From contig CAWAUM010000003.1 in NCBI GenBank assembly GCA_963785235.1, positions 443,090-507,089 on the forward strand: 64,000 bases of DNA. Reading direction: 5' to 3'. A program made the position numbers and the translations under genes. Position 1 is the first letter of the stretch, and the number at the start of each line of letters is the position of its first letter. The stretch comes from an uncultured delta proteobacterium. GTDB taxonomy: Bacteria > Desulfobacterota > Desulfomonilia > UBA1062. Shown here in pieces: positions 51,609 to 62,065 of this stretch. The notes beneath the pieces were generated by a model that worked only from the letters and a program-made list of their open reading frames with translations, searched no databases and had not been told where the DNA came from.

Positions 51609-52848
51609 TTAAAGCAGTGGTTCAAGTGCCTGGATATAGCGATTGGTGACGCCCTGCTCACTCGTTAAGGGCATCCAGTGCCTTCTTCCCCTTATCACGT
51701 GAGCCATCAAGGTCATTGACGATCTTGATGATTGCCTCTGCAAGCCCACGTGCATCCCTTACCTCAAAGGTGTTGCCTTTGACGGCATCCAGCGCCCAGG
51801 TGAAGTTGTCCATGTGAGGACCATGTATGGTGGGAACCCCCCAGGCTACAGGCTCAAGGATGTTCTGCCCGCCGAGATCCACCAGTGAACCCCCCACAAA
51901 GGCAGCATCGCTGATCCCATAGAGATTGAACAGCTCGCCCATGGTGTCGATGATGAGGAGGTCGACATCCTGTGCCCCCTTGCTTCGAAGCCCCCATTTC
52001 ATATCGATCCCAGCGGCCATCTTTGCGATATATTCGATCCTGTCCGGGTGCCGTGGCGCGATGATGGAATAGAGCCCCTTGATAGAAGACGCCGCCCTTA
52101 TGATGGCATCCACAACCATGGCCTCCTCCCCCTCACGTACACTCCCGGCTATGAAAATGGGCCTCGATCCCGATCCGAGGCTATCCCGTAGCGCTGCTTC
52201 CTGGGCATTGCCGGATGCGGGCACTGCGTCGAGCTTCAGGTTGCCCAGCACCTCCACCTCAAGTGCACCCAAGGCAGAAAATCTCTGAGCATCAGACACA
52301 GCTATGGCAAGGACCCTTACCTCCTTGAGTATTTTATTCAAGAGCCATGACACTTTCTGATAGTTCGTGTAAGACTTCCCGGACATTCGCGCATTCACGA
52401 ACGCAACCGGTATGGCCAGATCTTGCGCGGCAAGGAGCATGTTCGGCCAGATCTCTGTCTCCACAACAATGATGGCGCATGGCATGAGCCTGAGAAGATA
52501 CCTCTTCATCACCCAGGAAAGATCAAAGGGAAAGGGAAAGACAAGGTCCACTTCAGGCATTTTTCGGGCCATATCCCTGCCTGTGGCGGTCATGGGAGAC
52601 ATGAATATGAACACATCAGGCCACCTCTGCCTTATGGCCTTGACCAGGCCGGCCACAGCCTTGACCTCGCCCACTGAAGCCGTATGAATCCAGAGGGCCT
52701 TTCTGAGCGCAGGGGTCTCGGGCAGCACAAACCCTAGTCTCTGGACAATAGTCCCCTTGAAGTTGGGATGACGCCTAAGGAAGAAGGCCAATGGCCACAC
52801 GCCGATGGCACCCAGGAGCCGGTAGAAGAAGAGCGCTAGCGTTGCCAT
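51609..52848 (-). CDS. waaA: 3-deoxy-D-manno-octulosonic acid (Kdo) transferase (frameshift near 51660)
   Basis: WIHTASVGE, FPFD, VETEIWPN, NARMS, GNLKLD, APRHPDR, DTMGEL, GGQNILEP; the C-terminus QGVTNRYIQALEPLL* is in a shifted frame. Confidence 0.93.
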
Positions 52849-53550
52849 TGTTTGAGGAGCCTTTCCAGATCCTGCGGGGTATTGATCTCGTAGAATTCGC
52901 CCTGGGCTATGATAACCCTGATGGGTATGCCGTTTTCCAGGGCCCTCAATTGCTCCAGCGATTCGGTGAGCTCAAGGGAAGAAGGAGGTAAGCGAGGTGA
53001 ACCGCAGGAGCGTCTGCCGGGAAAACCCGTATATCCCGATATGCTTGAGCATTGTCGCATGTCCTGTGTTTCGGGCAAAGGGTATGGGGGAACGGGAGAA
53101 GTACAGGGCATTGCCCACGAGGTCGCATACCACCTTCACGCAGTTCGGGTCATCCTTGTCCTCGGGCAAGGCCTTTGTTGCTATGGTCGCCATGGAAGCG
53201 CCGGCCTTGAGCTCCCGGACGAGCCGGGCTAGGGCATCAATATCAAGGATAACCTGGTCGCCCTGGACATTCACCACATAATCCGCATCCGTTTCCAAGA
53301 CGGCCTGGGCCACACGGTCGGTGCCCGATGGACACTCGGGGCTTGTCATGACCACATGGCCGCCGAACGCAGCAGCGGCATCCTGTATCCTTACATCGTC
53401 AGTTGCTATGAGCACCCTGTCGATATCGCCACAGGTTGCCACCTGCTCATAGATACGCCTGATCATGGCCTTGCCTGCGATATCCACAAGGGGTTTTCCG
53501 GGAAAACGTGATGAAGCGTAACGGGCAGGGATAACGGCTACAATACTCAT
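52836..53550 (-). CDS. kdsB: CMP-Kdo synthetase (frameshift near 52985)
   Basis: IPARYASSRFPGKPL, SGTDR, VNVQGD, ALYFSRSPIP, HIGIYGF; LE..ESLEQLRALENG in ORF 52836-53111. Confidence 0.95.
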
Positions 53551-53551
53551 A

Positions 53552-54101
53552 TCAGCTTATATCCACACCGGCATTGACGGCGTCAAGGGCACGCAGGTGC
53601 TCATTATAGGATCCCTCATCATACAGAACCATGCGGACGAGCTCGATGCCCGTATTGCCTTGGAGGATACTTCTTGATGGCCTTGATGGCGACATAGGCG
53701 GCCTTATCAACCGGGTAACCGAAGATCCCGGTGCTCAGCGCAGGAAAGGAGATGGACTTGACCTTATGCCTGTCTGCAAGTTCAAGCGAATTGACATAAC
53801 ACGATCCCAACAATACCGCATCCTCCTTTGAACCGCTGTAGACCGGACCTACCGTGTGGATCACGTAGGTATTCGGCAAACCATGGCCACCTGAGATCTT
53901 GGCCTTGCCGGTTTCGCAGCCGCCTAACCTCATACATTCCTCCCACAACCCGGGTCCCGCAGCCCGGTGAATGGCCCCTGCCACACCGCCGCCCGGCGCA
54001 AGCTTCTTGTTGGCTGCATTCACCACTGCCTCGGTGTCCTGTGCCGTTATATCCCCAACCATGAACTGGAGCCTGGATTTTCCGACCTGGATCTCCTTCA
54101 T
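53552..54101 (-). CDS. Macrodomain protein (YmdB-like ADP-ribose hydrolase; frameshift near 53665)
   Basis: GDIT, VNAAN, GGGVAGAIH, VIHTVGP, SFPALSTGIFGYP. Confidence 0.9.
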
Positions 54102-54283
54102 CTCAAGCCCTCCCGTGCATACAAAAAACTTTTCGAGCGCTGTGCCTTCACAGAACTCCTTTTCTGTATACCGTATTTCCCATCAGTGCAATCAAAGCTG
54201 TATGTATATGGGGCCTCAGCCCTAAGGCTATTATTTACGTATCCAGGTTGACATTTCAGCCGCACATCCGTATGCCCATTATT

Positions 54284-54637
54284 ATGGATATGAATGCGCT
54301 CATCAATACCATAAAAACACGGCCCGACTATCACAAGGTAGGTATGATCCTGTGCCATAACGGCGTAGTGAGGGGATCGTCCAGAGACGGATCACCCGTA
54401 CAGAAGGTGACGGTAAGGGCAGACCGTAAAGCCATAGACCGGATCGTGGCTGAACAGAAGAACCGACCAGGCATCATCGAGATCCTCGTGGAGATCAACG
54501 AGGGGGACCTGGATATAGGCGAAGACCTGCTGTCCATCGTTGTGGCCGGCGACATAAGGGAGCACGTAATCCCGGTGCTCACGGACACACTGAATCTTAT
54601 CAAGGCGCAAGGGACCAAGAAAACCGAGCACAAATAA
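54284..54637 (+). CDS. moaE: Molybdopterin synthase large subunit-like (short MoaE)
   Basis: GMILCHNGVVR, G.L.IGEDL..IVVAGDIREHV, KKTE. Confidence 0.8.
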   Translation: MDMNALINTIKTRPDYHKVGMILCHNGVVRGSSRDGSPVQKVTVRADRKAIDRIVAEQKNRPGIIEILVEINEGDLDIGEDLLSIVVAGDIREHVIPVLTDTLNLIKAQGTKKTEHK

Positions 54638-54870
54638 TTTTCGTGAAGAATCGATATCGGCAGATGGTGTGTTCATGGAAATATCACCTTTCCCTTACCA
54701 TTCATCGAAATCCTTCACCCGCAAGGGGTGAATGAACTTCTAAGCATAGGTACAGGTAGTATCTCTCGATCTTGTGCTTCTCACCTTTCACTCACCACTT
54801 AATTAACTTTACAAAGTTCCTCCAACCTTGACTCATAAAATATTGTGTGCTACCCAAGGGAGGCTCGTGT

Positions 54871-54946
<76 letters not shown>

Positions 54947-55094
54947 TTTATTTCATTTAGTTACAAGGCCGCACCAAAATATTTGTTCTTGATAATTTAA
55001 CCTGTTGCTGACCTGATGCAGTTTTTTGCTTTATACCTAAGCGTATAATAAAAATCGGTGGATCCCCGCTCTGTGATTCCTTCCTCCGTTGAGT

Positions 55095-55178
55095 ATGACA
55101 TATTAGCTCTTGTCGCTTGTCTACTCATGAAACCTTCGATTATATTGCATAATCATCACTTTAGCCAATATGAATAGT
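55095..55178 (+). repeat. Cassette-end site, left type, copy 1 (L1)
   Basis: 55138-55178 matches 59690-59730 at 35/41 positions ungapped; core GATTAT-ATTGC-ATAATC. Confidence 0.8.
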
Positions 55179-55371
55179 ACTAATACATAATCTACAGTCC
55201 TCACTCTGCTTAAACAGAGATAAACTTATAGTAATCATTCATCACAACCGAGTTTTCGAAGAAGATCAGAGATAATTTTGATCAGCAATAAACATAAGCC
55301 TAATTGTAAAGACCTGATTCTGATCACTATAAGAGAAGAAAGGCGTCACTACAAGCTTGACTTATTATTCA

Positions 55372-56503
55372 TCACTTGGCAGTTTCAACGCGGTTTCGTC
55401 CACACTTTTTAGCCCGGTAAAGGGCTTCATCTGCCCGGGAAATAATGTTTTCAATGTCTTCTCGTATCTGATATTCCGAAAGGCCGATGGAAACAGTAAC
55501 CTTAAAATCAGGGCCAAGTATCTGGAAATAGCGTTTTTTCGATGTTGGTACGCACACGTTCTGCGCAGATAAGCGCCCCTTCGATATCCGTTTGCGTCAG
55601 TACGATCAGGAATTCCTCACCGCCATAGCGTCCGCAAATTTCCGTGGTGCGCATGGGTTTTCTGGATCATGGTGGCGATCTCCGCAATACCACATCACCT
55701 GCCGGATGCCCATAGGTGTCGTTTACATTCTTGAAGTGGTCTATATCCACCATGGCAAGACAGAAGATACCGCCACCTCGCGATGAACGATTCTTTTCTA
55801 ATCAAGGAGCTCCATGAGATGACGACGGTTGTAGACACCTGTTAGTTCATCCCGGATTGCCATTTCCTTGATGATCTCAATGTATTTTGCCTGTTTCGAT
55901 TTGCTGATGCTCAGGTTCTGGCGCAGAGAGCTTATATATCCGCCTATAATGGAAAAAACAACAAGGACGAGGTGCCAAACACCTCCCTGAAGGATTTCCA
56001 TGTGAAAATTGACGCCATCAGGACGGTATATTTTGAGAAGAGCAATATCGATCCCGTAAGTCAACAGGGTAAAAACACTGACTAATAAAAAATCCCGGGT
56101 ATTGAGACGGAAGATACCAAAGAGGAGAATAATGACGTAGACCAGCAAAAGGCGCCACGGGCCGCATTGGCAAAATACATTCCATACATTACCATAAGCA
56201 TGCTGATACAGATCTGGATAACCGTAAGACTGGGATCGGCATTTTCAGATTTAAACCGGTGCGAAAAACGATGTATAAAATAATATTGATAATTGGGCCA
56301 GCAATTATATACCCGTAAATAGCCGGCCATTCCATGATGTTTGCCAGATAGGCCACATAAGCGAGGAAAGGACAGAAGACATACATGGTTGACGCCATAA
56401 AAAAGCGGCGGATGCGCAACGCTTGTTTTGGATCATCCTTTGGTAAGATGGAAAATCGGCTGATAGAATTCAGAAGCGGGGAATTTTGTGATTTATAGTT
56501 CAT
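55372..56503 (-). CDS. Membrane-anchored diguanylate cyclase (GGEEF; several frameshifts)
   Basis: TM N-terminus, AIRDELTGVYNRR, RYGGEEF (minus strand ~55610-55630), VTVSIG, RADEALYRAKKCGRNRV. Confidence 0.85.
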
Positions 56504-56652
56504 AGATTGCCCTCTTAATCGGCTAAAAAAATGGAATACTTGATTTTACTTTAATCTTGCTGCCGCCATGTTCTTTCAGAAAGGCATGTGGTTTTTTGGG
56601 TAAGCTCAAAGCGTAAGTTCATTTCCAAGACCGATGGATTTTCCGGAGCAGA

Positions 56653-56711
56653 GATAACTTTCTATAATCATCTAAAAAGCAGGGCATGGAAAACTATAGA
56701 TAACATGCCAT
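56653..56711 (-). repeat. Cassette-end site, right type, copy 1 (R1)
   Basis: Matches 60677-60735 at 47/59 positions ungapped. Confidence 0.8.
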
Positions 56712-56782
56712 TTCACACGGTTTCTGATTATTGAATGTTTCTACCCACAATCAACACTTTACCCAAATTGAACATTTCTGCG

Positions 56783-58619
56783 GAGAGTGTCGAAAATATG
56801 TTTTCCGAATTGGTGTAGCCCCGGAAATTTAGAGATCCACTTCCGTTACCGAAAGATTTCAGATTTACCTGGTCATTATCTTTTTTTATCTCATCTTCTC
56901 TTATCTCTCTCACTTGCATCTGCATATTTCTGTTCAGGCAAATCCATAATTCGCTATTTTCTCTATGTTGTGGACCATGCAGTACAGCATCCACTGGATG
57001 TTCACCTTGATCTTGCCCCGCAAGGTGAATCGGTCCAGGCGCTTGTGGGTGCGGAGGTTGGCGAATACCGGCTCGATGATCGCAATCCGTCCGTGGGTAG
57101 ATCTTGCGCCCCTGCTCGCTCTCGATCTTCTCCACCATGAGCTTGGAGAGATTGATCCCATCGGCCCCGAGGGGACCATCAAGGTCTTGGCCCACGGCCA
57201 TTGCCTGTAGATGCACCTGCCTCTTACCGGGCAGTCCTCTGCAGTCCTGCTCCTGTGCCCTATAGATGCGATACGCAGTATTGTTTGCAGCATGGCGCTT
57301 TACACTTCATGACGCAGCATCTTCCCGTTTGGGCAGATATACTGTTCTCTCTCTTCATCATAGTGGAAATCATCCAACCCAAAGCGGGTTCTCTTCTTCT
57401 GGCCATGGCGTTCCCGGCCGGCGAACCGAGGATCCCTCGTGCGGAAATATCTGTCAGGGATATAGGCATCCACTCCCTCATCAACGCACTTCTGCATGTT
57501 CGCCTTGCTGTGGTAGTTGGTGTCCGCTGTTAAGGTCTTGTCCCTTGAAGTAATCCGGTGATTGGCCAATGCTCTCCATGTTATCCTTAGCCCCATCCAG
57601 CATCGGAGGCACATGAGCAGTGATCCTGCCCGTTGCCGAAAGCCTCCGCATGGATGATCACCTGGTTCTTGTCATCCACCAGCGCCTGGCTGTTGTATCC
57701 CTGGATGGTCCCATGGGAGGTCAGCATCTTCGTGCACTCGTTGTCCGTGATGTTGCTCTTGATCTCCTTGCCCTTCTGCCCCGATCCGCTTGCCGTTCTC
57801 CTTCAGCCAAGCCTCGATCCTCTCAGCCTGCTTCTGCAGCTTCTCGATGTGCTTCTGCCTGTGAGGACGTTATCGGGGTCGGGAGGCTCATCCCCTTCCT
57901 CACGGTCTTCCTTTTCCTGCTCAGCCAGAAGCTCCTTGACCTTCCCCTCGAGCTTCGCCTGCTTCCTCTTCAGGTCATCCACCGACCCGCTCCACTTCTT
58001 GGATGCGTTGCCCGGAAGCTTGCACCCATCCAGTGCAAAGAGCGTCCCTCCGAGCAGCTCCATCTCCTCGCAGACCAGCAGCACATCCCGGAACAAAGGC
58101 AGGATCTCGTCCTTCATGGATGACACAAAGGCCGCTATCGTGCTGTGGTCAGGATACTGCCCGCTGCACAGCGCCATGAACACCACGTTCTCCCGGCATG
58201 CCTGCTCGATCTTCCTCGATGAGATCAGCCCCCGTGAATACCCCAGCAACACCACCTTCAGCAGAATCCGGGATCGTATGCTCGTCGCCCCATCTCGTCA
58301 TTGCGGTACTTCCCATCGAACAGGCTCATGTCCATCCGCTCGTCCACGAGCGTATGATCGCATACTCCAGGCTCCCGGGCATGATCTGTTCCTGCAGAGA
58401 AATCGGAATCAGCAGGTTCTGTGAAAATTCGTTCTTCTTGTACCGTGCCATCAGACCTTCCTTTTTCCTGAATAGGGGAGATGGTGAGATTATCCTACCC
58501 CCTTGATATTAATCACATAATATCACATAACCAATTGATAATAAAGGATATAATGATGTTTTAGGTAAATTTATTTAGGATGTTCCTTCAGAACATCGCT
58601 AGACTTTTTCGACAGTCAC
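56783..58619 (-). mobile_element. IS1182-family insertion sequence
   Basis: Imperfect terminal IRs GAGAGTGTCGAAAA (56783-56796) / TTTTCGACAGTCAC (58606-58619), GCG on both flanks, internal transposase. Confidence 0.8.
56934..58451 (-). CDS. IS1182 transposase (frameshifted)
   Basis: MARYKK...IPISLQEQI.PG, YSRG.ISSR.IEQAC.ENV.FMAL...PDHSTIA, ALDGCK, QGYN.Q, ADTNY, IEPVFANL..HK..RF.LRG..KV..QW.LYC.VHN. Confidence 0.88.
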
Positions 58620-58803
58620 GCGATATCTTCACGGTTTCAGATGTCTAAAAACTGATGATCTGTTTATGTAACCTCTTCTAAGATCGGCCTTATTACTGAC
58701 TACGCATAATGGAGCGGGCTCTATGGTTACTTCAGAATCCCCCGAAATAAATCTTTCCCTTTATCCTATGCAAGTCGACTCCGACTTCATCATTTAAGAG
58801 ATA

Positions 58804-59492
58804 TCATTTGAGCTCGATCCATATTGCCTTTGCTTTCGCGCAAAGCCCAGCAGATTCTGAAAATACCGCGGTCCCCGTATAATATTTTCTGCCGTCTTCA
58901 GCGATGTTCCAACCGATCACGACGCATCGCTCATTGGCTTTTATATCCTTTAGGATAGCAACGGCGAGTTTCCCAAGGACAATAGTCCTCGGTATGTCTA
59001 CCATGGCAGCAAAGGCCCCAGGGCAGTCAAGGGCCGCCCAGATAAACTCACGCCTTACCAATCCATGGTCATCGCTCATAGAGGTATCAGATATCCATGG
59101 CGCTGCAACCATCCGGCCACCCGCCACAGGACCGGGAAAAATCCTCATCCCATCCCCTATGGCACGTTGCGGACCACAGACAAAGCAACGGGGAAAAGGG
59201 TGGTGCTTGAATCCCAGATAGTCCTTCGAAGCTGTTTGTGCCTCGGCATAGGATGGAGGAGCAGGGACATCCATTTCAAAATCAGCCGGATGGGCTTCAG
59301 CTACGATGTATCACCATCCATGAGTTAACCTGATAATCGCCGACCATTCGGACCTCCAAGTTCATGCTCAAGAGGAGGGGGTATACGGAGAGTAACCTCT
59401 GCAGGGCCTTTTATGAAGCCCCCTACCAGGCCACAAACATATCCGCCTTGCCCTGATGTTGAAGGCCCGCAGTACTTGTGTTCAATAATCAT
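58804..59492 (-). CDS. Double hot-dog thioesterase-like protein (frameshift near 59340)
   Basis: From ATG 59492 (GGAGG RBS) MIIEHKYCGPSTSGQGGYVCG...EVTLRIPPPL; C-terminal HPFPRCFVCG, WAALDCPG, GRK..GTA. Confidence 0.75.
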
Positions 59493-59647
59493 TTTATTCC
59501 TCCATAAGTTCCATTATAACTGTATTTAGAACCTCTGACTATCAACCGTTGATTCCTGCGATAACTTGGTGCTTTTCAAAAGCTCTAGTACCGAAGATCT
59601 TGGTTCGGAACATATAAAGATTTTTACTCCATGTCAGAGCGTTGCAC

Positions 59648-59730
59648 ATGGCACGTTATATTCAGTTTCTCTTGGCTTATTGAACCAATGATTTTATTGC
59701 ATAATCAACGCTTCAGCCAATGTGTATAGT
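59648..59730 (+). repeat. Cassette-end site, left type, copy 2 (L2)
   Basis: ATGGCACGTTAT...GATTTT-ATTGC-ATAATC...GCCAAT; homologous to L1 and, inverted, to R1/R2. Confidence 0.8.
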
Positions 59731-59840
59731 TATATTGATTTATGCTTGATCAAGATAACGTTATGATAATCAAAAGATATTTTCAGCATGTTCTCCTGTT
59801 CTTTTTTCTGTGAAAACCAGAAGGGAAATTATCTCCTGTG

Positions 59841-60473
59841 CTAATTTGTAGTCCACTTAAATTTCCACAGATCACCTAATGCAAGGGGGAAATAATCGCC
59901 CGGATCAGGATCATGAACATCATATTCAGTCAATTCGCCCGTTGTGACTTCTCCGGTATGCCAGGTGTCCTCTACTTTTACTAACCCAACGGCAGGAGCG
60001 AAGTATCTTTTTCGTATTTCAATGAAGCTGCTGTTGCTGTTTGCTGGATCGACACTGGTAGTTTCCACAGTCATTACGCAGGAGGTAAATGTTCCAGCCA
60101 CGACTTCCACCTGTGCATCGGTATCTTGGACCACGATCGTTGAGTCGACATCTGACCACGTGTCGCCTTCTGTAATGGGATACTGCAGGAGTACCCTTGA
60201 CCATATCAAATAGGTTATACTCGTACCATATCCATTAGAATAATCAACCCAAGACAGTCCATCACTGGTGTTGGAAAATATAAGCGTATCACTGCCGCCC
60301 TCGGTTGCTGTCATGCTCCATGTCCCTGGCCCAGTCACCTCGTATGTTTCCGTGCTATCGGGTGGATTAACTTCTCCATTAGCATTATCGACCCCGCCGC
60401 CACTTCCACCGCATGCAAAAAGGCCAGCAAATAAAAGAATAAAAAAACCGATCCATAGGATGCTCTTCTTCAT
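59841..60473 (-). CDS. Lipoprotein of unknown function (related to 24533-25327)
   Basis: Lipobox LFAC-GGSGGG; VEVVAGTF and YFAPAVGLVK motifs. Confidence 0.75.
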   Translation of the reverse strand: MKKSILWIGFFILLFAGLFACGGSGGGVDNANGEVNPPDSTETYEVTGPGTWSMTATEGGSDTLIFSNTSDGLSWVDYSNGYGTSITYLIWSRVLLQYPITEGDTWSDVDSTIVVQDTDAQVEVVAGTFTSCVMTVETTSVDPANSNSSFIEIRKRYFAPAVGLVKVEDTWHTGEVTTGELTEYDVHDPDPGDYFPLALGDLWKFKWTTN

Positions 60474-60676
60474 TTGTCCATGCTCCCTAGAAATATTATG
60501 TGATTATATTCGAATAGATATGTTTGGTAAAGAATGTTTTTTTATGATTTCCTAATAAGAATTATTCTTTTGTGATGTAATCCTCAAAGTTGCAATAGTG
60601 GCACGAGATGTATAAAAATAGTATCGATAGAAACACTAATAGATTTTGTGCCCAGGCCTGAGTTTATTCCAGAGTA

Positions 60677-60735
60677 GATTATTTTTGATAATCATCAAAA
60701 AAGCGGTGCATGGAAAAGCATTGATTTCATGCCAT
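60677..60735 (-). repeat. Cassette-end site, right type, copy 2 (R2)
   Basis: GATTAT-TTTTG-ATAATC...GCATGGAAAA...CATGCCAT; 47/59 identical to R1. Confidence 0.8.
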
Positions 60736-60806
60736 CAGGTTCGCTCTAGATTGAACTGTCTGGTTGTGTAGGTAATATTAGCAGATCATCCGGTCTTGGG
60801 GCATCC

Positions 60807-60839
60807 TGAAACCGCCCATCTTATTGCATAATCTACAGT
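60807..60839 (+). repeat. Partial third left-type site (L3)
   Basis: TGAAACC...TATTGCATAATC at the same spacing as in L1; CATAATCTACAGT also occurs at 55186-55198. Confidence 0.6.
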
Positions 60840-60865
60840 TGATAATTTGATATTGGGATTGGTAA

Positions 60866-60879
60866 TTTTCGACACTCAC
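60866..60879. mobile_element. Solo IS1182-like terminal inverted repeat
   Basis: TTTTCGACACTCAC, 13/14 identical to each terminal IR of the IS at 56783-58619. Confidence 0.55.
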
Positions 60880-61035
60880 GAAAATATCTGGCAGCATTTT
60901 AATTTGCCGGTTATAATATTTTCGGGAATCCTTCAAAGGAACTTCATATAAAAATAAAGGACTTCAATGGACCAATAAGTACTTCTCTCACTATCAGAAA
61001 AACCAAGCATAAAGAGGGAATATTCGACCCTGGTG

Positions 61036-62064
61036 TCAGTATGCCTTTTCCTCATGCATGTTATCCGGAGATATCTTTTCCCGGAATACCCGGTACACCC
61101 AGATCTTGTAGGCGATGACAATGGGCACGAAGATGAGGGCCACCACGGTCATGATGGTCAGGGTGATCTGCTCGATGAGGAGTTGTAGATGGTCATGCTG
61201 TAGTCCGGCTCCAGGCTGACGGGATCAGGTTGGGGAAGAGGCCCATGATGCCGGTGAAGCAGACGGTGATGATGGTAACGCACGATGCGGAGAAGGCCTT
61301 CAGGACGATCACCCTTGAGCAGAAAGACCTTGATCAGGACGAGGGAGCACCGCCAGGAGCGGGAGAACGAAGAGGACGGGCTGTCAGATAGTTCTCGTAG
61401 AGCCTCGTGGCAAAAGCTGTAGATGCAGGAACAGCACCGCAACGGCCAGGAGCACATACCAGCGCGCCGGCCAGGCTACCGCGCGGGCGCTCAGGTCCCC
61501 CCTGGTCTTGACTGAATATAGAGCGCCCCGTGCACCACGAGCAGCACGAAGAGGACCCCGGTGAGGAGCCCGTAGGGATTCAGCAGGGTGAAGAGGGTCC
61601 CGTGATAGCCGCGCCGCATCCATGGGCAGGCCCATGAAGATGTTGCCGAAGGCGACGCCGAAGAGGAGGGCCGGGAGGAGGCTCCCCAGGAAGATGCCCG
61701 CGTCCCAGAGCTTCTTCCAGCTCCGGCCGTGGCCATCTTTCCCCGGAATTCCAGGGACACGCCGCGGATGATCAGGGCGAACAGCAGGAGGAGCAGGGCG
61801 GTGTAGAGGTAGCTGAACATCAGGGCATAGGTTGTGGGGAAGGCGGCGAAGGTCGCGCCGCCGGCCGTGATGAGCCAGACCTCGTTGCCGTTCCATACCG
61901 GGCCCGATGGCGATCACCATGGCCTGCTTCTCGTTTTCGTTCCTCGCCAGGAAATTGTGGATCATCCCGGTGCCGAGGACAAAGCCGTCCAGCATGAAGT
62001 AGACCGCCCAGAGCACGCCCCAGAGGATGAACCAGATAATCTGTAAAATCTGCAGCATTTCCAT
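61036..62064 (-). CDS. cydB: Cytochrome bd oxidase subunit II (frameshifted)
   Basis: LQIIWF.LWG.LW.VYFMLDGF.LG.G, W.GNEVWL..AGGATFAAFP, LI.RGVS.EFR, LLFGVAFGN, distributed over several frames. Confidence 0.9.
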
Positions 62065-62065
62065 G

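Noticed and set aside
51655-51662. Selenocysteine read-through at the waaA TGA
   Set aside because: The plausible C-terminus is in a different frame, so an indel explains it; no Cys-equivalent position.
56695-56711. sigma54 promoters at the TGGCAYG of the L/R sites (also 59649, 60599, 60728)
   Set aside because: The -12 TTGC element is absent at the required spacing, and L sites point antisense into gene 3' ends.
55095-60839. Integron attC array or XerCD pdif sites as the explanation for the L/R repeats
   Set aside because: No RYYYAAC...GTTRRRY hairpins after the genes, no intI, and no TTATGTTAAAT XerD arm 6 bp after GCATAA.
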